This document shows, in pieces, positions 39,365 to 52,899 of a stretch of 64,000 nt of DNA. This stretch comes from Octopus vulgaris. Lineage: Eukaryota. Where the stretch lies: assembly GCA_951406725.2 (NCBI GenBank), contig OX597814.1, positions 16,120,001 through 16,184,000 on the forward strand, written 5' to 3'. The translations under genes and the position numbers were made by a program. The first letter of the stretch is position 1. Each line of letters begins with the position of its first letter. The notes under the pieces are model-generated. The model had not been told where the DNA came from and did no database searches. It saw nothing but the letters and a program-made list of their open reading frames with translations.

Positions 39365-39740
39365 CCCTATATCTTCAGTCGTTAGACGGCGGCCATGCTA
39401 GTGTACCGAGATCAAGTAATTTAGTAGAGCCATTTAATTCACGTGCTAATCTTTTAAAGCCTTATAATTATTCTGTCGGTCTCTATGTCAACTGTGATTT
39501 GCAGGACATAAATATACAAACACCGGCTGGCTAGCGGTGGTGGATAACAGATCCAGTTACGAACACTCACACATATATCAATATATGTATTTATACAACG
39601 AACTTCTTCCAGTTTCCGTCTATCAAATCTACTCATAAGGCTTTATTCGGCCCGCGTATATAGTAGGCTCAATGTGCCCCGCCGTTGGACTGAACCTGGA
39701 AACGTGTAGTGGGGGAGCAAACTTCTTCCCACTCAGCCCT
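39365..39740 (-). mobile_element. Degenerate full-length SINE B
   Basis: 'gcggccatgct', 'cagtttccgtctatcaaatctactcataaggcttt', 'ggactgaacctggaaac'. Confidence 0.8.
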
Positions 39741-40176
39741 CGAATTTGTTTGTGTGTGCATGTATAATTGATTATATGTAATTTCTAAAAGTTACACAAA
39801 GTACATGCTTTATAAAATGTTCATTCGAACGAGTTCTTAACCCTAGTGGGAATTTTCAACGTCGTACAGGCTGAGATTAATATTAAGGCATACGTATATG
39901 TCATCCGCACATATGCCACCGTCGCTTAATAATTCAGTACAAAATAAATCATATATCTCCTACAAAATGTATCTTGAATGGGTGCAAATGTCAGTGTGAC
40001 CACTTACATACACAGCTCATCTTAGATAGGTTCACAACGCAAAAGTGTGTGTGTATATGTGCAGTGAACTGTGGTAGGCTGGTGTAATTTTTTATTAACG
40101 GTGAGATTAAGAAGTCTTTCACCAGGATTATTAATCCCCCCGTAATCCTTCTCTCTTTTGATATATATATATATAT

Positions 40177-40337
40177 GGGGGCAGATGAGGGCAGCTGCAT
40201 CGAACTCTCTCATGCACCAAATAGCAGTTGCTAGAAAGCCTCCATGAAGTGAAACCAAGTAGCAACACCAAATGGCGGTGCCCCAGCATGGCCACAGCTC
40301 ATAAGCTGAAACTAGAATCAATCAATCAATCAATCAT
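40177..40337 (+). mobile_element. CR1-type LINE extreme 3' end with (ATCA)n tail
   Basis: Encodes QMRAAASNSLMHQ (cf. QMRVAASNS near 25.7 kb); 'ggtgccccagcatggccacagctcataagctgaaac'. Confidence 0.85.
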
Positions 40338-40367
40338 ATATATATATATATATAAACTCCTACTTCT

Positions 40368-40380
40368 CCTGCTGCTGCTG

Positions 40381-40413
<33 letters not shown>

Positions 40414-40479
40414 GTACTGCTGCTGCTGCTGATACTACTACTACTACTACTACTACTACGACTACTACTACTACTACTA
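40368..40479. repeat. (CTG)n/(CTA)n trinucleotide repeat
   Basis: Direct reading. Confidence 0.93.
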
Positions 40480-41784
40480 TAACAACACCTATACAACAAT
40501 TTAAGCAATGCATGGAAATGCGATGTCCATATATGAAAAAAAACTGTAAAATGATTAATGATGTATTCAGTCTCATATCTACACATTAATGTAATGTTTG
40601 TACAGCTCACACATATGCACGTGCTGCCTTTCGCACATGAACAAGACAACGTAGAACACACAATACGTAAACTTAGAAGGGAGAAATAATAATAAATATA
40701 ACATGCAACACGTCTCATTTTTATCAGAGATATGCATCCTAATAAAACTATGAAAAGAAATAGAGGTGAATTTCGATCTGTGAGTCTCACGCAATTAAGA
40801 TACGAACGTAGACTTGCATGTCCAGATTGTTTTTCTAAAACGGCAGCTGTGAACAAATAGATCCCTCACTTGATGTCATTGCTCAAGCAAAAAAAAATAA
40901 CATAAAATGGTGAACGATGGAAAGATGACGATTACATTGAAGTGCTATATGCATTCTACACTGCAAAATTTTACCCGAAACATATAGGAATAATGTAAGA
41001 AGCATATTAAATATGGAGAAGAATGAATAGTAATTGGAGGGAAAATCTCGGAAAATATGGATGCGATATATCCTGCGAGTTGGAAAAGGTCCCTAAATCG
41101 AAATAGACAAAATAATAGAAATAATAGACACTGAGAACAAAGCAAAACCCTTAACCATCTGGAAATATTATTATAGATTCATATTCTAAGAAATTTCCTA
41201 TAATTTCTATTCCTCAAGTTTACAGAATTTTTTTAAACTCCAGTTTCTCGCAAATTTAAACATTCACTGCATCCAATTCATCACAAATTTAAATATTCAT
41301 TGCATTGACTATGGAGTATTCCATTTTCATTTGCAAAGTCTCTCCCTTTTTTATTTAAATTTTAATTCGCTATGAATGTATACGTAATGTAAAACCATTA
41401 TTTATTGAATGAATTTTAAAAAAATACCCGTTTAATTATTGAACGCGGGATAGCTGTGATCAGAGCCTAGAAAGTTAGGTAATTATTGCTAGAAGACGAG
41501 AAGAAAAAAGAGTTACCGACAAGTACTCGAAACTTGCACCTTATTCACAGTTTCCAAGCAATTCAACTGTGACACACACTCACACACACACACCAATACA
41601 CACTCACGCACACAGTTACACAGAAATGAAAGGCAATGAATGCTTGTATGTGTGCGTGCGTGTGCGTGCGTGTGCGTGCGTGTGCGTGTGTGTGTCTGCG
41701 TGTGTGTATGTGTGTGTGTCTGTGTGTGTGTGTGGGGGGTGCTGTTTACTGGCACAACTTGGTGCTGCATCACTTTTGTGAAGT

Positions 41785-41972
41785 TTTGTCAGTGAACAGG
41801 GTGCGGTTTCAAAGCGACAGAAATATTTTGACACAAATGATGTTTTAATGTTGGATAGAAACTAACGGTAATTGTGTGGTCTTGAATGGTTTACAAACAT
41901 CTACTCTGCAATTGTTTTTGCTTCAGCACACGATCTCAGATCAAGCCACTTGCAATGCAAGTACATCTCTGT
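41785..41972 (+). mobile_element. Second, decayed copy of the hammerhead-bearing repeat
   Basis: 'tgtca-gtgaaca-g-ggtgc...gcgac-agaaatattt-tgaca', followed by sequence homologous to 6671-6800. Confidence 0.8.
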
Positions 41973-42067
41973 AATTTTTTATATCTGCGTGGATAAATGC
42001 CAGCAACGACCTTCTCAGGCTCACAATTTCTAAAAAAGGTGGAGTTGGAAATATTCTCTTGTTTCAA

Positions 42068-42118
<51 letters not shown>

Positions 42119-42419
42119 TATCGCAAAGCTTTCAGATGGGCTGCTGAGTTGAAATCTCTATGTTGGTTTGAGAGGAAAATAAAACTTCACAAAATGTCTC
42201 CCTCTGTTGTTGGACTACCCTGATGTTTGTTTAAAAAAGAGAGATTATGACTGTGATAAAATAATGAAAGCAATATTTGATAAGCAAACGAGCACTATTA
42301 TGCAGAGAAATAATTAGGCGTAAAATATAAAAATTATTAGAAATGGGACTCAAATATGAAAATATTATCAAGGGGCCAGCGGAAAACTGCCCAGAGGGCA
42401 GTCTTTCTACTAGTAGTAT

Positions 42420-42846
42420 AAAAATAGGCTACAGTAGTTGCTTGATCTTAACCAGATTTGCTTGTCAGTTGCTTGACCATAACCATTTGAAGATGTCTCT
42501 TAAAGGCTAACGTGACGATATGTTCATCTCTGATTACGAGCAGAAGAAATGGGAGAGCATCATAGCTATGTATTGAGAGGAATTCTTTAAGGTGGGAATA
42601 ATTCACCTCTGGAAACCTTATTCAAGGACGTTTTAAGCGGGATGGACTATTTGACCTGAAAAAAATTCGAACTGGCCCCATCTGCAAGTTCATGTGCTGT
42701 TTATCTTGATGTGAGTGAGATCAACATATGATTGTGATGCATGTGCCTGGTGTAACTATATCACACGGGTATTCATGATGGGTATATTGGGCTTCGTATA
42801 TTTGTATCTCAGTATCATTTCGATGGCATGCATTGCTCCATCACTC
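42420..42846. mobile_element. Diverged copy of the 30229-30782 repeat
   Basis: Shared blocks 'cagatttgcttgtcagttg', 'ttcacctctggaaac', 'gtgatgcatgtgcctggtgta', 'catgatgggtatattgggcttcgtatattt'. Confidence 0.88.
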
Positions 42847-43479
42847 AATAACATCAACAACAATTAATATCCCAGAAGATTGAAAACTATATAACAAAAT
42901 TAGAAACATCTCGAAATGTCGTTCATTCAAATATATTTATTTATTTATTTATTTATTTATTTATTAATTTTCAGTCACTTTTCTTGCGAATAAAAATATT
43001 TTAATCATTTAAAAAATAATGTATCAATAAATGAATTAAAAACAAGAAGAAAAATCCAATCCATGTAAACGGTTGATACAAGCCCTGAGGGCGAATTTTA
43101 TTACTTTGCCCTCCTTGTACTGTTTGCTGATTGGTAAACAATAGCAATTTCTGTAGAAGGGTTCCAACAACACGTCAAGCCAAAGAAAATATTTCTTTTC
43201 TAAATCTTCGCCACTCTACTCATCATTATCATAATAATTATCCTCACTCTCACCTTTTTCATTCTCATGACCATAAGAAACATTATCATCCCCTCCCTCA
43301 CAGTCTCCTTCATTCTTATCCTCCCAATTTTTATCTGTATTATCAGGAAAAGAAACATCATTATTATCATCACCATTGTCACTATAACAATATCGTCTTC
43401 ACCATTCATTTTATCATCAGAATGAGTAATAATTTCCAGCATAAACTTAAACATTATTGTGGTTACCAAATCACCACTA

Positions 43480-43657
43480 ACAAGACACGCTTTCTCGGAC
43501 TACAGTTTCCCTCCTCCCAGGACTTTTACCTCTTTCCTCTTTCTGACGAAGGACTTGCTCGAAACGTCACACGCCCTGCTTTTTCAGTCTTGAACTTTCT
43601 CTGAGCATCAGTCTAATACATTCCCTGTGTTCGTCCTCTTGAGTTTTATTATTTTTA

Positions 43658-43670
<13 letters not shown>
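43480..43670 (+). mobile_element. Probable PLE terminal repeat with decayed canonical hammerhead core
   Basis: 'ctgacga-a-ggacttgctc-gaaac-gtc' at 43543-43568; stems I and II pair poorly; followed by (TA)n. Confidence 0.55.
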
Positions 43671-43689
<19 letters not shown>

Positions 43690-46239
43690 AATGGCTCTTT
43701 AGGCCCATTTAAACCTTGGAGAGGGATCAATCTATGGTCAAAGAAGTCAAATCTATCATTATCTGGTCTTCTTTTAATGTATAATATATTTAAAAGGGAA
43801 ATATAAAAAGTTGTTTACTTTTCACGACGGTAGTGTGAAGATTTGGTTGTTAATTCTTGTTGGACGAATTGTTGGATATATATTACCTCAGTTGTATACA
43901 CCTTCTATACTATAAGAGTATTCTATACTCAACGAATAAACCCTTGGTCCATGTCCGCAGTAATTACCTTTTTCATAGGTAAATATAAATGTGGACATTT
44001 TTAATGGAATAGCTTGTCTTGAGTCTGTTAGTGATGGCGTCATTTTACCGCTGTCTGTGACATTTCGTCAATTTTCAATCTGATAGAACTGTTCACTGTC
44101 TAGGCCTGATGTCTACCTATTTATTTAAAAAAAATAACAGAAACATAGTGTTAAAGAAAAATCGGCTGAAATACTTTATTGACGCAGGAAAAACGAAAGA
44201 TAAAGTCTACATTGCTGGGATTTGATCTCAGAATGCAGAGAGCGACGAAACATACCTAAAACAAGATATCCAACGGTTTAATGACTCTAACATCTGGCCA
44301 ATTAGCATTTGTATGCTGAAAGGATAAACATATGTGACCACTTTAAAATAAAATGCAGTAAAGGTGCTGTTGATATCTAAGGAACCTTTGTTGTTGTTAG
44401 TGTGTTAATTAAGGACTACAATTATAGAGCAGATATTGTATAAAAGTAATATCAAATGCGTGTAATCTCTCTGTTTTAGGATATGTAGAAATACATTATG
44501 TTCCCGTTGTTTAGCTTTAGGTCAGGCCCGAAGGAGCAAATATGTAATATAACGGAACCTGACATCACTTTTGCCAGTAGAATATGCGATTTGAGGACGA
44601 TTTGGATACAATTTCTAAAAGATCTAGATTGGAAGTTGAGGTTGAGTATTGACTCATCTGAAGCTATTAACTAAGCAGACATCATGGGAAAAGTTATGAG
44701 TTTATGATTAATCTGAGGTTTTGGGTATTAACTTCTGCATTTTTGTCATGGTTGTTGCCTTAGTATAATAGTAGAGCATATTTATCCCTGGTGAACGGTA
44801 GCGCAATTGTAAGGCAGTGATTGAAATAGACCTTCAAAAGTGCAACGTATTGACCAAAGTTACGTCCGTATATACTACTTCAAAAACGATCATTGTGATA
44901 TTGATATACAAAAATGTGTTGGTAAAAATATTTCATACATAGTTTCCTCGTATTTGAAATTGGAACTTGGGTCAAGAGAATACCGTAATTTGTCGAATAT
45001 CGTGTGCTATCAGTTGCACCAAATTCAGCACCTAATTCTAGAAAAAATATCATGAGAAATAATCATATTTCCCTATGAATATTCATCCCAGCGCTAATTT
45101 GAATATTCCAGGAAAATACGTTTCTGATAAGGATATTAAGAGTATAGTTGTGGAACACCCATGCATGTTGGCGTACACATACGCAAATACATACAAACTC
45201 ACACAGGCGCGCACTCACGCACACCCACACATATGTACATACACATATACCAACATTAACACACATACACACACAATCATTCTTCACATACACAAGTTTC
45301 AACTCCACAAAATGTTCAAAGATGGTAATTGATTCACAGCTTGCATTCCAAGACTTTTCCATATTTTTTCTGTAACCTTTTTTTATTGGTATGTGTGTGT
45401 GTTTGTGTGTGTGCGATTTTTAGTGATTTTTTTTTACACCAAATTTTTGCTTTAGTGAACGCTCCAAGATTAAATCTTTTGTGTTGGCGTTTGTTATTTT
45501 TATTCGTGGAAAAGTTTCATAAAGCAGTTAAATCCACGGCTCAAATTCTGTACCATTAATTCGATAGTGATTTATTATGCATAGCATGACGTAATGTCTC
45601 ATCTGTTTTTGGGCAGAAAAGGAAATTCTGAGACATTTTATCAATGATAAAATGCATACACAAAATTTACAAAGAAGCAAAAAAGATAAACTTAGTAGTT
45701 TTTTGAATAGGAGACTTACAGCATTTCAAAAGAAGCAACATCGTTTCGTTTTTCTTCCTTGAAAGCCTGCCAGAATTAGCATTAAATGAACCAATCTTAT
45801 TAAAATTACTTTTTCAGGTATATAACTCATCTATATAATTCACTGACACCAAAATATTGTGAGGACGTCTCGACGACTTTCGAAGCTGTAAATTTTACAA
45901 AATTTGATATATAGTCTAACATCGAAGTTTCCAAATATTAAAGAAGTGGCCAATAAGCTGAATTTGTTTTACATTTAGAAAGGCGAAATTTGTTTCTAAA
46001 AGAAAACGTAACATCATTTCTATGAAAATAGTAATATTTCAAGAGGGTTTCTTAACCCTACGTCTTTTTCGCCTTATGGTAGCAATTTTATTCAACATAT
46101 TAAACCATAGTGGACATGGATGCATATACTAGAAGACCATCAATTCATAAATGTCCCCAAGTTGCAGGGTTTAAATCATTAACAATTAGATGAAAAGTGC
46201 GACTAGATTTCTCCACAGCTACAGTTTAGTTATCATTTA

Positions 46240-46849
46240 AAGCGAGGAACAGAAATAAGACAAGTAGAAGAAACACAAACCTACTTATACTTAGGAATCA
46301 ATGAATTATAGAGTTCGAGGCACACAAATGAAGAGAAGGCTAGAAAGGAATATTTTGATTCAAAAGTGTAATTAATAGAAAAATGCTAGAAGCAAGATGA
46401 CTAATACAAATAACCTTTAAAATTTCTTGTCATCCTAGTAAATTAGAGATTTCATTTCGTCAGCTATATTAAAAACAACAATATCACAAAAAAAAAAGAC
46501 AGGAAAAATACTGATTGCATACATATCTGCAAAAGTATTTCTCAACGAGAACTGTACAAATATAGCTATAAAATACTAAAAAAGGAAAGGGTTTTCTGAA
46601 CTGAAGGAAGCTACCAAATACAAACCACTTACTAAAGTAACATACTATTGCGAGGACTTGATTATTGGAAATAATGTCTTATGACCAGAAAATAGCACAT
46701 ATTTTTAATGAAGAAAAATACAGAGAATGTGGAGTTTGGTAAGAAACGATTTGCCAAATTATCTCTGGGTTATTTACATATTTTAACTGATTTCAGCATT
46801 ATGAAAGGAAGGAGATATAGGAAGGATGCATATACACCAAAGAAGTAGT

Positions 46850-46902
<53 letters not shown>

Positions 46903-47600
46903 TCTTTGGCTGCTATTTCTAAATTTTCGATATGTAATTAAGCAACCTGTTGCTTAACCCTAATTATATATATATATATAAAGTAGTGGTATACTGATAA
47001 ATTAATGTGACAGTCCCATGAAGGGAATCATATTACTGCTATTTAGCCCTAGGAAGCAGCAACGCTTGCTAGGGCTGAGTAGCAGTATTATGATTCCCTT
47101 CATGAGACTGTCACATTAAGTTGACAGTATACAACTACTTTATATATATATATAATTAGGGTTATACTACTTTATCCTTATACTACTTTATCGTACCACT
47201 ACTGTATAAATCTCTCTGAGATATTTAGAAATGTATTATATATATATATACCATAAACATTTCAGTGAATGAAAAAGCAACCGTACTTTGGCATATGCAA
47301 AACTAGTTAGACAGAGATCACGGATATCGATGGCCGGATATTCTTGTCAAAGATCAAAAACGAATTAAGTACTTCTTAATCAATGTACTAATACCAACTT
47401 AATATAAACGATCGCTAAAACAAACTGAGAAATTACTCCAATTTCAGAATCGGGAAATAAGGAAACAATCCCTCAAACAATAGGCAGCTCGGGAATGAGT
47501 AACAGAAAGACATAAGCGAAATCTTAAGACTACGAAATATACACAACACACAGAGAATAGCAATACTAAAAGACTTTCATACATACATTTTATCCATCGA
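46240..47600 (+). mobile_element. Very degenerate R4/Dong-type remnant, interrupted by (TA)n and a hairpin element
   Basis: GTEIRQVEETQTYLYLGINE and NEKATVLWHM...WPDILVKDQK...FLINVLIP, comparable with NEKATILWDM...RPDIVVRD...FLIDVSIP near 16.7 kb. Confidence 0.7.
46955..47164. repeat. 210-bp fold-back with ~100-bp arms
   Basis: 'ttaatgtgacagtcccatgaagggaatcata' versus 'tatgattcccttcatgagactgtcacattaa'; pairing runs from 'taaccctaatta' to 'taattagggtta'. Confidence 0.95.
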
Positions 47601-49820
47601 GCACAAAATTGCACTGAGCGCATGAAAATAAATGAAGGTTACTAATAATAATGATGGTGATGGTGATAATGATATGATAATGATGATGTCGACGACGACG
47701 ATGATGATGATGGTTGTGGTAGTGATGATGATAATGATGATGATTATTGAAATGATACCACTCTTTGTAAAAGAATCACTTAAACCCTTTGTACTAATTA
47801 AGTAGATAATTAATTTAACCTTTGAGGGCAACTTTATCAATATCCTTCATTGAAGCTGATGTTAAAGTCAAAGTCGAAACTTATGTTTTATATGAAAAAT
47901 TAACTTGCAACGTTACATATGTAGATAAAACAGTAAAAATAACTTGGTCTACATTTTTTGCAACGTTCATTTAATAGAAAATCAGAGGCTTGTAACCTCA
48001 GTTACCGATATGTTTGATAGTGAAAAAGAAATTCGAGCGATCAATCAAAACCATTGTGTATAGTGCTCCTATTTTCAATAACAATCAGGATAAAGCCATG
48101 CCATGACTAATGTTGTACACTATTAGAAAGGAACATTTATGCCCACACATCATGAAAACTTACATAGATACAACAATACACATTTATAATGAATTTTTTG
48201 AGATCTGTATTTCTCGTGGTCTAAAGAGAATATATTGCATGTGTAGCACATTCTACAAAAGACATCGTTCTCATTCGTAAAGTTGAAACTCCGAAAGTTA
48301 TTTGAGAAATGGACCCTGTCACAGTACTTACTGTCACAGTACTTATGATATATTTAGAAATGATTCCATCCACATTTTTCATGTAATTTATATTTTTCAG
48401 TGTTGTGTGATGTTAAGTCACACGCTGGAGAAAAGGGCGCGACCATAATATGTGTAGGCCCTGCCACACTTCTGGTACTTAGCCGAGATATATGCATGTC
48501 AACGTTTGGAGGACGAACACAGCCGCCGAACTGCGATTCATTTTCGAAAGTTTTCGATAAAATGAACACCATTATACTTATTGTAGGGCACGCTGTAGTA
48601 TTAAACTGGTTGTCATGTTAGGTTTAATACTTGAATGGTGAGCCTCAGGTGGCCTACAGTTGCTACAATTCCGTCTCAGATTATGTAAAACTTTCTAGAT
48701 TTATAACAAGTTTATGTCTGTGTTTGCGATGGCATATATTCGTGTAAATGATAAAATTTAGATTGCTCCAAACCAAAGATTTTATCTATTGAAATGTCTT
48801 GTATGGGAAAGAGACATGGATTACAAAAAAAAAATGTTACAATAAAACAATGAAGGCATTTATCATACACCGTTTTCAGAAGATTCTACTGGTCTCCAGG
48901 CGAAATAGTATTACATATTGAAATTCTCCATCGAACAAAAACTTAACAGTATCTAAGCCACACTATAAAAGTTTTAGGTGGGATGATTCGGACTTATAAT
49001 GCACATGCCTAATTCGCGCCACACTCGCCTTTCATTCTGCTACAAGTTTAAACTGTATTTACAGTGTGGCTTCGGGAGAAGCGATTCAAATACGAAGGAA
49101 GAAAACAAGCTTGAATACAGACTGTTACATAATTGTTGCAACCAAACATTCTTGTTACCTACTAAAACATAAAGGAAGAGTAAGAACGATATCTCTAAAC
49201 ATCAGAAATATTTTGCTAAGTAGAGGCTTTCAAGAACTTCTTCCGAGTCTCTGAAATATATCCAGCAATCTCTAGATGACACTAGTTTGGATTTACCGCG
49301 TAATACACAGGAGCAGGAAGTTGTCACGCATTAGACATACCTGAAAATGTTCAATGAGATGGAATTGAGCTTTAGAATTCTCTAGTCATTCAGAGAACGA
49401 TGGTAGTGCAGTAGATCTATGTAAAGTCCTCTACGATGTTCAAGCAATCACAATTTACTGAAGGTAAGACGCCGGAGAGAACTAAAGAGCATAATCAAAG
49501 AATCTCCATTCTCTCATTTGCATAGAAAATATTAGGAAAATACTTTTAGGCGACTGAAAAGTGCCCGAGCGAATTTTTTTGTAAAGTTAAATTGGATTGT
49601 ATGTGACAAGGCAAATCAATATAATTTTTACCTTTTCACAACTTCAAACCTCGAATTATATTCGTTGTGTTGATAAACGTTGCGAAGGCTTTCCACAATG
49701 TGAGAAAAGAAGAAACTTTTATGAGGTAAGACGAGCATTTCGACGATAGCCCTGATTTCTCTTGAGTGTGACAGGTATGTATATATATATATATTTATAT
49801 ATGTATATATATATATATAT

Positions 49821-49968
49821 GTTCAGGAAGGGCATCCAGCCGTAGAAACACTGCCAGATTTGACTGGGCCTGATGAAGACTTCTGGCTTCACAGACCCCA
49901 GTAGAACCGTCCAACCCATGCTAGCATGGAAAACGGACGCTAAACGATGATGATGATGATGATGATGA
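49821..49968 (+). mobile_element. 3' part of a fourth SINE-like family (D) with RTE-like motifs and (GAT)n tail
   Basis: 'aggaagggcatccagccgtagaaa' ... 'ccaacccatgctagcatggaaaacggacgctaaac(gat)n'; family assignment from recall. Confidence 0.7.
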
Positions 49969-49981
49969 TATATGTGTGTGT

Positions 49982-50020
<39 letters not shown>

Positions 50021-50054
50021 CCTGTGTGTCTGTGCTTGTGCGTGTGTATCCTCT

Positions 50055-50262
50055 TTGTGTCTGTGTTTGCCCCCACCAGCAGCTGTCAACCGGTGTTGTT
50101 TTCTTTTTACGTCCCCGTAACCTAGCGGGTCTGCATAGTAGACCGATAGAATAAGTACTAGGCTTAAAAAAAGAGTCCGATATACGACCTATTAGGCTAA
50201 AACATCCTTCAAAGCGGTTCCCCAGACTGGTTGCGGGCAAATGACTACAAGGAGTAAAAGAT
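50055..50262 (+). mobile_element. SINE B 3' half
   Basis: 'ttacgtccccgtaacctagcgg...gaccgatagaataagtactaggctta'. Confidence 0.82.
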
Positions 50263-52899
50263 AAATGATAAAAAATATTCCAGGAACATACAAATTAAAC
50301 GATTGATTATAACTGATGTGGTGAAGACAGTGATCACAGATAATGGCAGAGACAAGAACAGGGTGCAAAGAGGTGAGTGACACAGTGTCATTATATCTCA
50401 CTGAGCGATTTCAATGAAGGATTACACAAGCACTCAACTTTGGGTAATCGATTCCTTAAAGCTGGAACTGATGGAAACTAATAAAAGTGAATATGAAACT
50501 CTTGAACTTGCAGCATTTATATTACACTCTGCAATGGTAAGTTGGTTCATACAAGAGTCTGGACGATTGAATTGTCTGACGTACGTAAAATACAGCCGGA
50601 CCATTAAAATGATGTCAAATATAAGCATTTTGAGTTCTAACTACTGGTTATGGGTACCTTACTTTCACTATCCTGATGTATGTAGACGCATATACACATA
50701 CACACGCGCGCGCATGCACAAACAAACACGCACGCACACAGACACAGGCATATATATATATATATTCTTTAGAATAATGTATCTCGAAACACATAGTGCT
50801 ATAAATAATAGTATGTAAATAAATATTGGTTTGAAAAACTCTTTATGATATAAAATGCCGAAAGCCTTTGAAATTATCCATCGAAAAGTGTTTCTCAAAC
50901 CAATATTTTTATCCTATTATTTATAGCTTTAGGTGCATCGAGATCCATTATACCGAAAATGAATTACTTCACATTCTTTTAAAAGTTTATAAAAAGCCCA
51001 CCTGACGTCAACAACACACATACATGCACACACATCGTGTGTGTGTGTGTGTGAACGCGTTCTTATGTATGTATCTATGTATCTATGTATGAATATGTAT
51101 CTATAGGTGTGTATCTATGTATCTATGTATAAATATGTATATATATGTGTGTATTATATATATATCAATGCATGAGTGTGTATGTATCTATACAAAGATT
51201 TAAATATAAATACACATACTTCATTAAAATCCTCCTCAACTTCAATTCTCCAAATTGCTGACATCAGCGAAAAATGTTAGTCTATACAAACTTTTAAATC
51301 TAATGTCTAGCCTGCACTTTAATTGTTGCTAACAAATTGTTTAGTTTATTGTTAATTTAAAAGTTATTATATTTTCAATTTACCTTTTTCCTGCTTTTGC
51401 TATTTGTAACAATAATTTCTATTTTAGATTGAGATTGTTTATTTCCAATTTCTCTGTTCAATTACGACAAAGTAATCTTAATATCTAAGCATTTAGGTAG
51501 TCAAGGTGTCACATATAAGCATCAGTGTGTATTCATATATTCATACACATTTACTAATAACTACAAGTGTATTACACATCGCAATGTAAGCATAGTTACT
51601 GTACTGAATACACAGACAGCCTTTGATAAATACACATTCTAATGTTCACACATATAAACACACTATATATAAAGTATATACATGTATGTATGTATGTATG
51701 TATATATGTATGAATGTATGTATGTATGTATATATATATATATATATATATATTGATAAAATTCCTATCAAGTCTGATTTTCACGTATTATTTGCAATTT
51801 TTACAATTTTACAATATTGAAATATACAAGTACTTTTATCAGGTATTAAGTACATTCATCAGGTTTATGTAGTGATAGCCATGTTCCACAATTGACAACT
51901 GTAGACAAATGGTTAGATTTACCCTTTAAATACCTTCCGATGGGCTCCAATCGGCTGAATCTTACAAACTGCATTTTGACCAATCGGTATGTGGCTTAGA
52001 TTTCTCGGTTTGGTAAACGCGCCAAATTCTAATTCCATTTCGACGAATCAGTATGTGGCTTAGACGTCAAGTTTTGGTGGACACCTCAAGGATTCTTTTC
52101 TTTGCCCGCACCTAAAGGAATAATTGTTTGGTTATATATTTGGAATTCTATTGTTACTATACCAGAATTTTTTACATTTCAATCCCGTCAATGTTAATAT
52201 GGTCAACACTACTACCATCCTCACCATCACCCTTATTATTGTTGTTAGTGGTGGTAGTGGTAGCAGTAGTGGTACTTATTATTATCACCAGCATTATAAT
52301 TATCACCATTACTATTACTGTCCAGTTATAAGCCTTGTGAGTGGATTATAAAATGAAAATTAAATATAGTTCGAACAATCCGGCCAATTTCATCTCCCTA
52401 TCTGGTACTTTATCAAGTTCACTCTGTTTCATGAGTTAGGATTCGATTCCGGTTAATACAAGCTCTTTCCCAACCCGCGCAGTTATAGATATTCCAGTTA
52501 CACAACTGTCGTAATAGGACTGCTTTTCTCCCAAGCTAACTGAATTAAGTAGAAAAGTAAAAAGGAGAAAGGACGTCATTTTTCCGAGAGGTTTTTTTTA
52601 TCTAATATAACTGGAACACGTTTCATCAGTTAAATATTTGTTGAGATAGTTAACATCTTATATAATCTATTATATATTTATAAAATGCCACAAATCGGTG
52701 AGATATGTTTCATAGGTCTTTGAAATATTCATAATTCAACCAAATTGATTTCATTATAAACAGAGTAAAGTAAATAGGTTCGACTCGTAATTAAAATACA
52801 GTTTTGAAGGAAATCATCTTGCATACGTTTTTACTATTCCACTTATATATTTGCACTGTGGTCACTTTCTAAGACTGAAATCCAGAGATATCTTTAGGT

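Noticed and set aside
43131-43604. 157-aa His-rich ORF
   Set aside because: Derived from decayed (CAT)n low-complexity sequence running into a repeat end.
48400-48621. 73-aa ORF after 'tatttttcag'
   Set aside because: No recognisable homology or partner exons; RNA-seq would be needed.
49869-49895. 'ctgatga' in SINE D
   Set aside because: No downstream GAAA or hammerhead stems.
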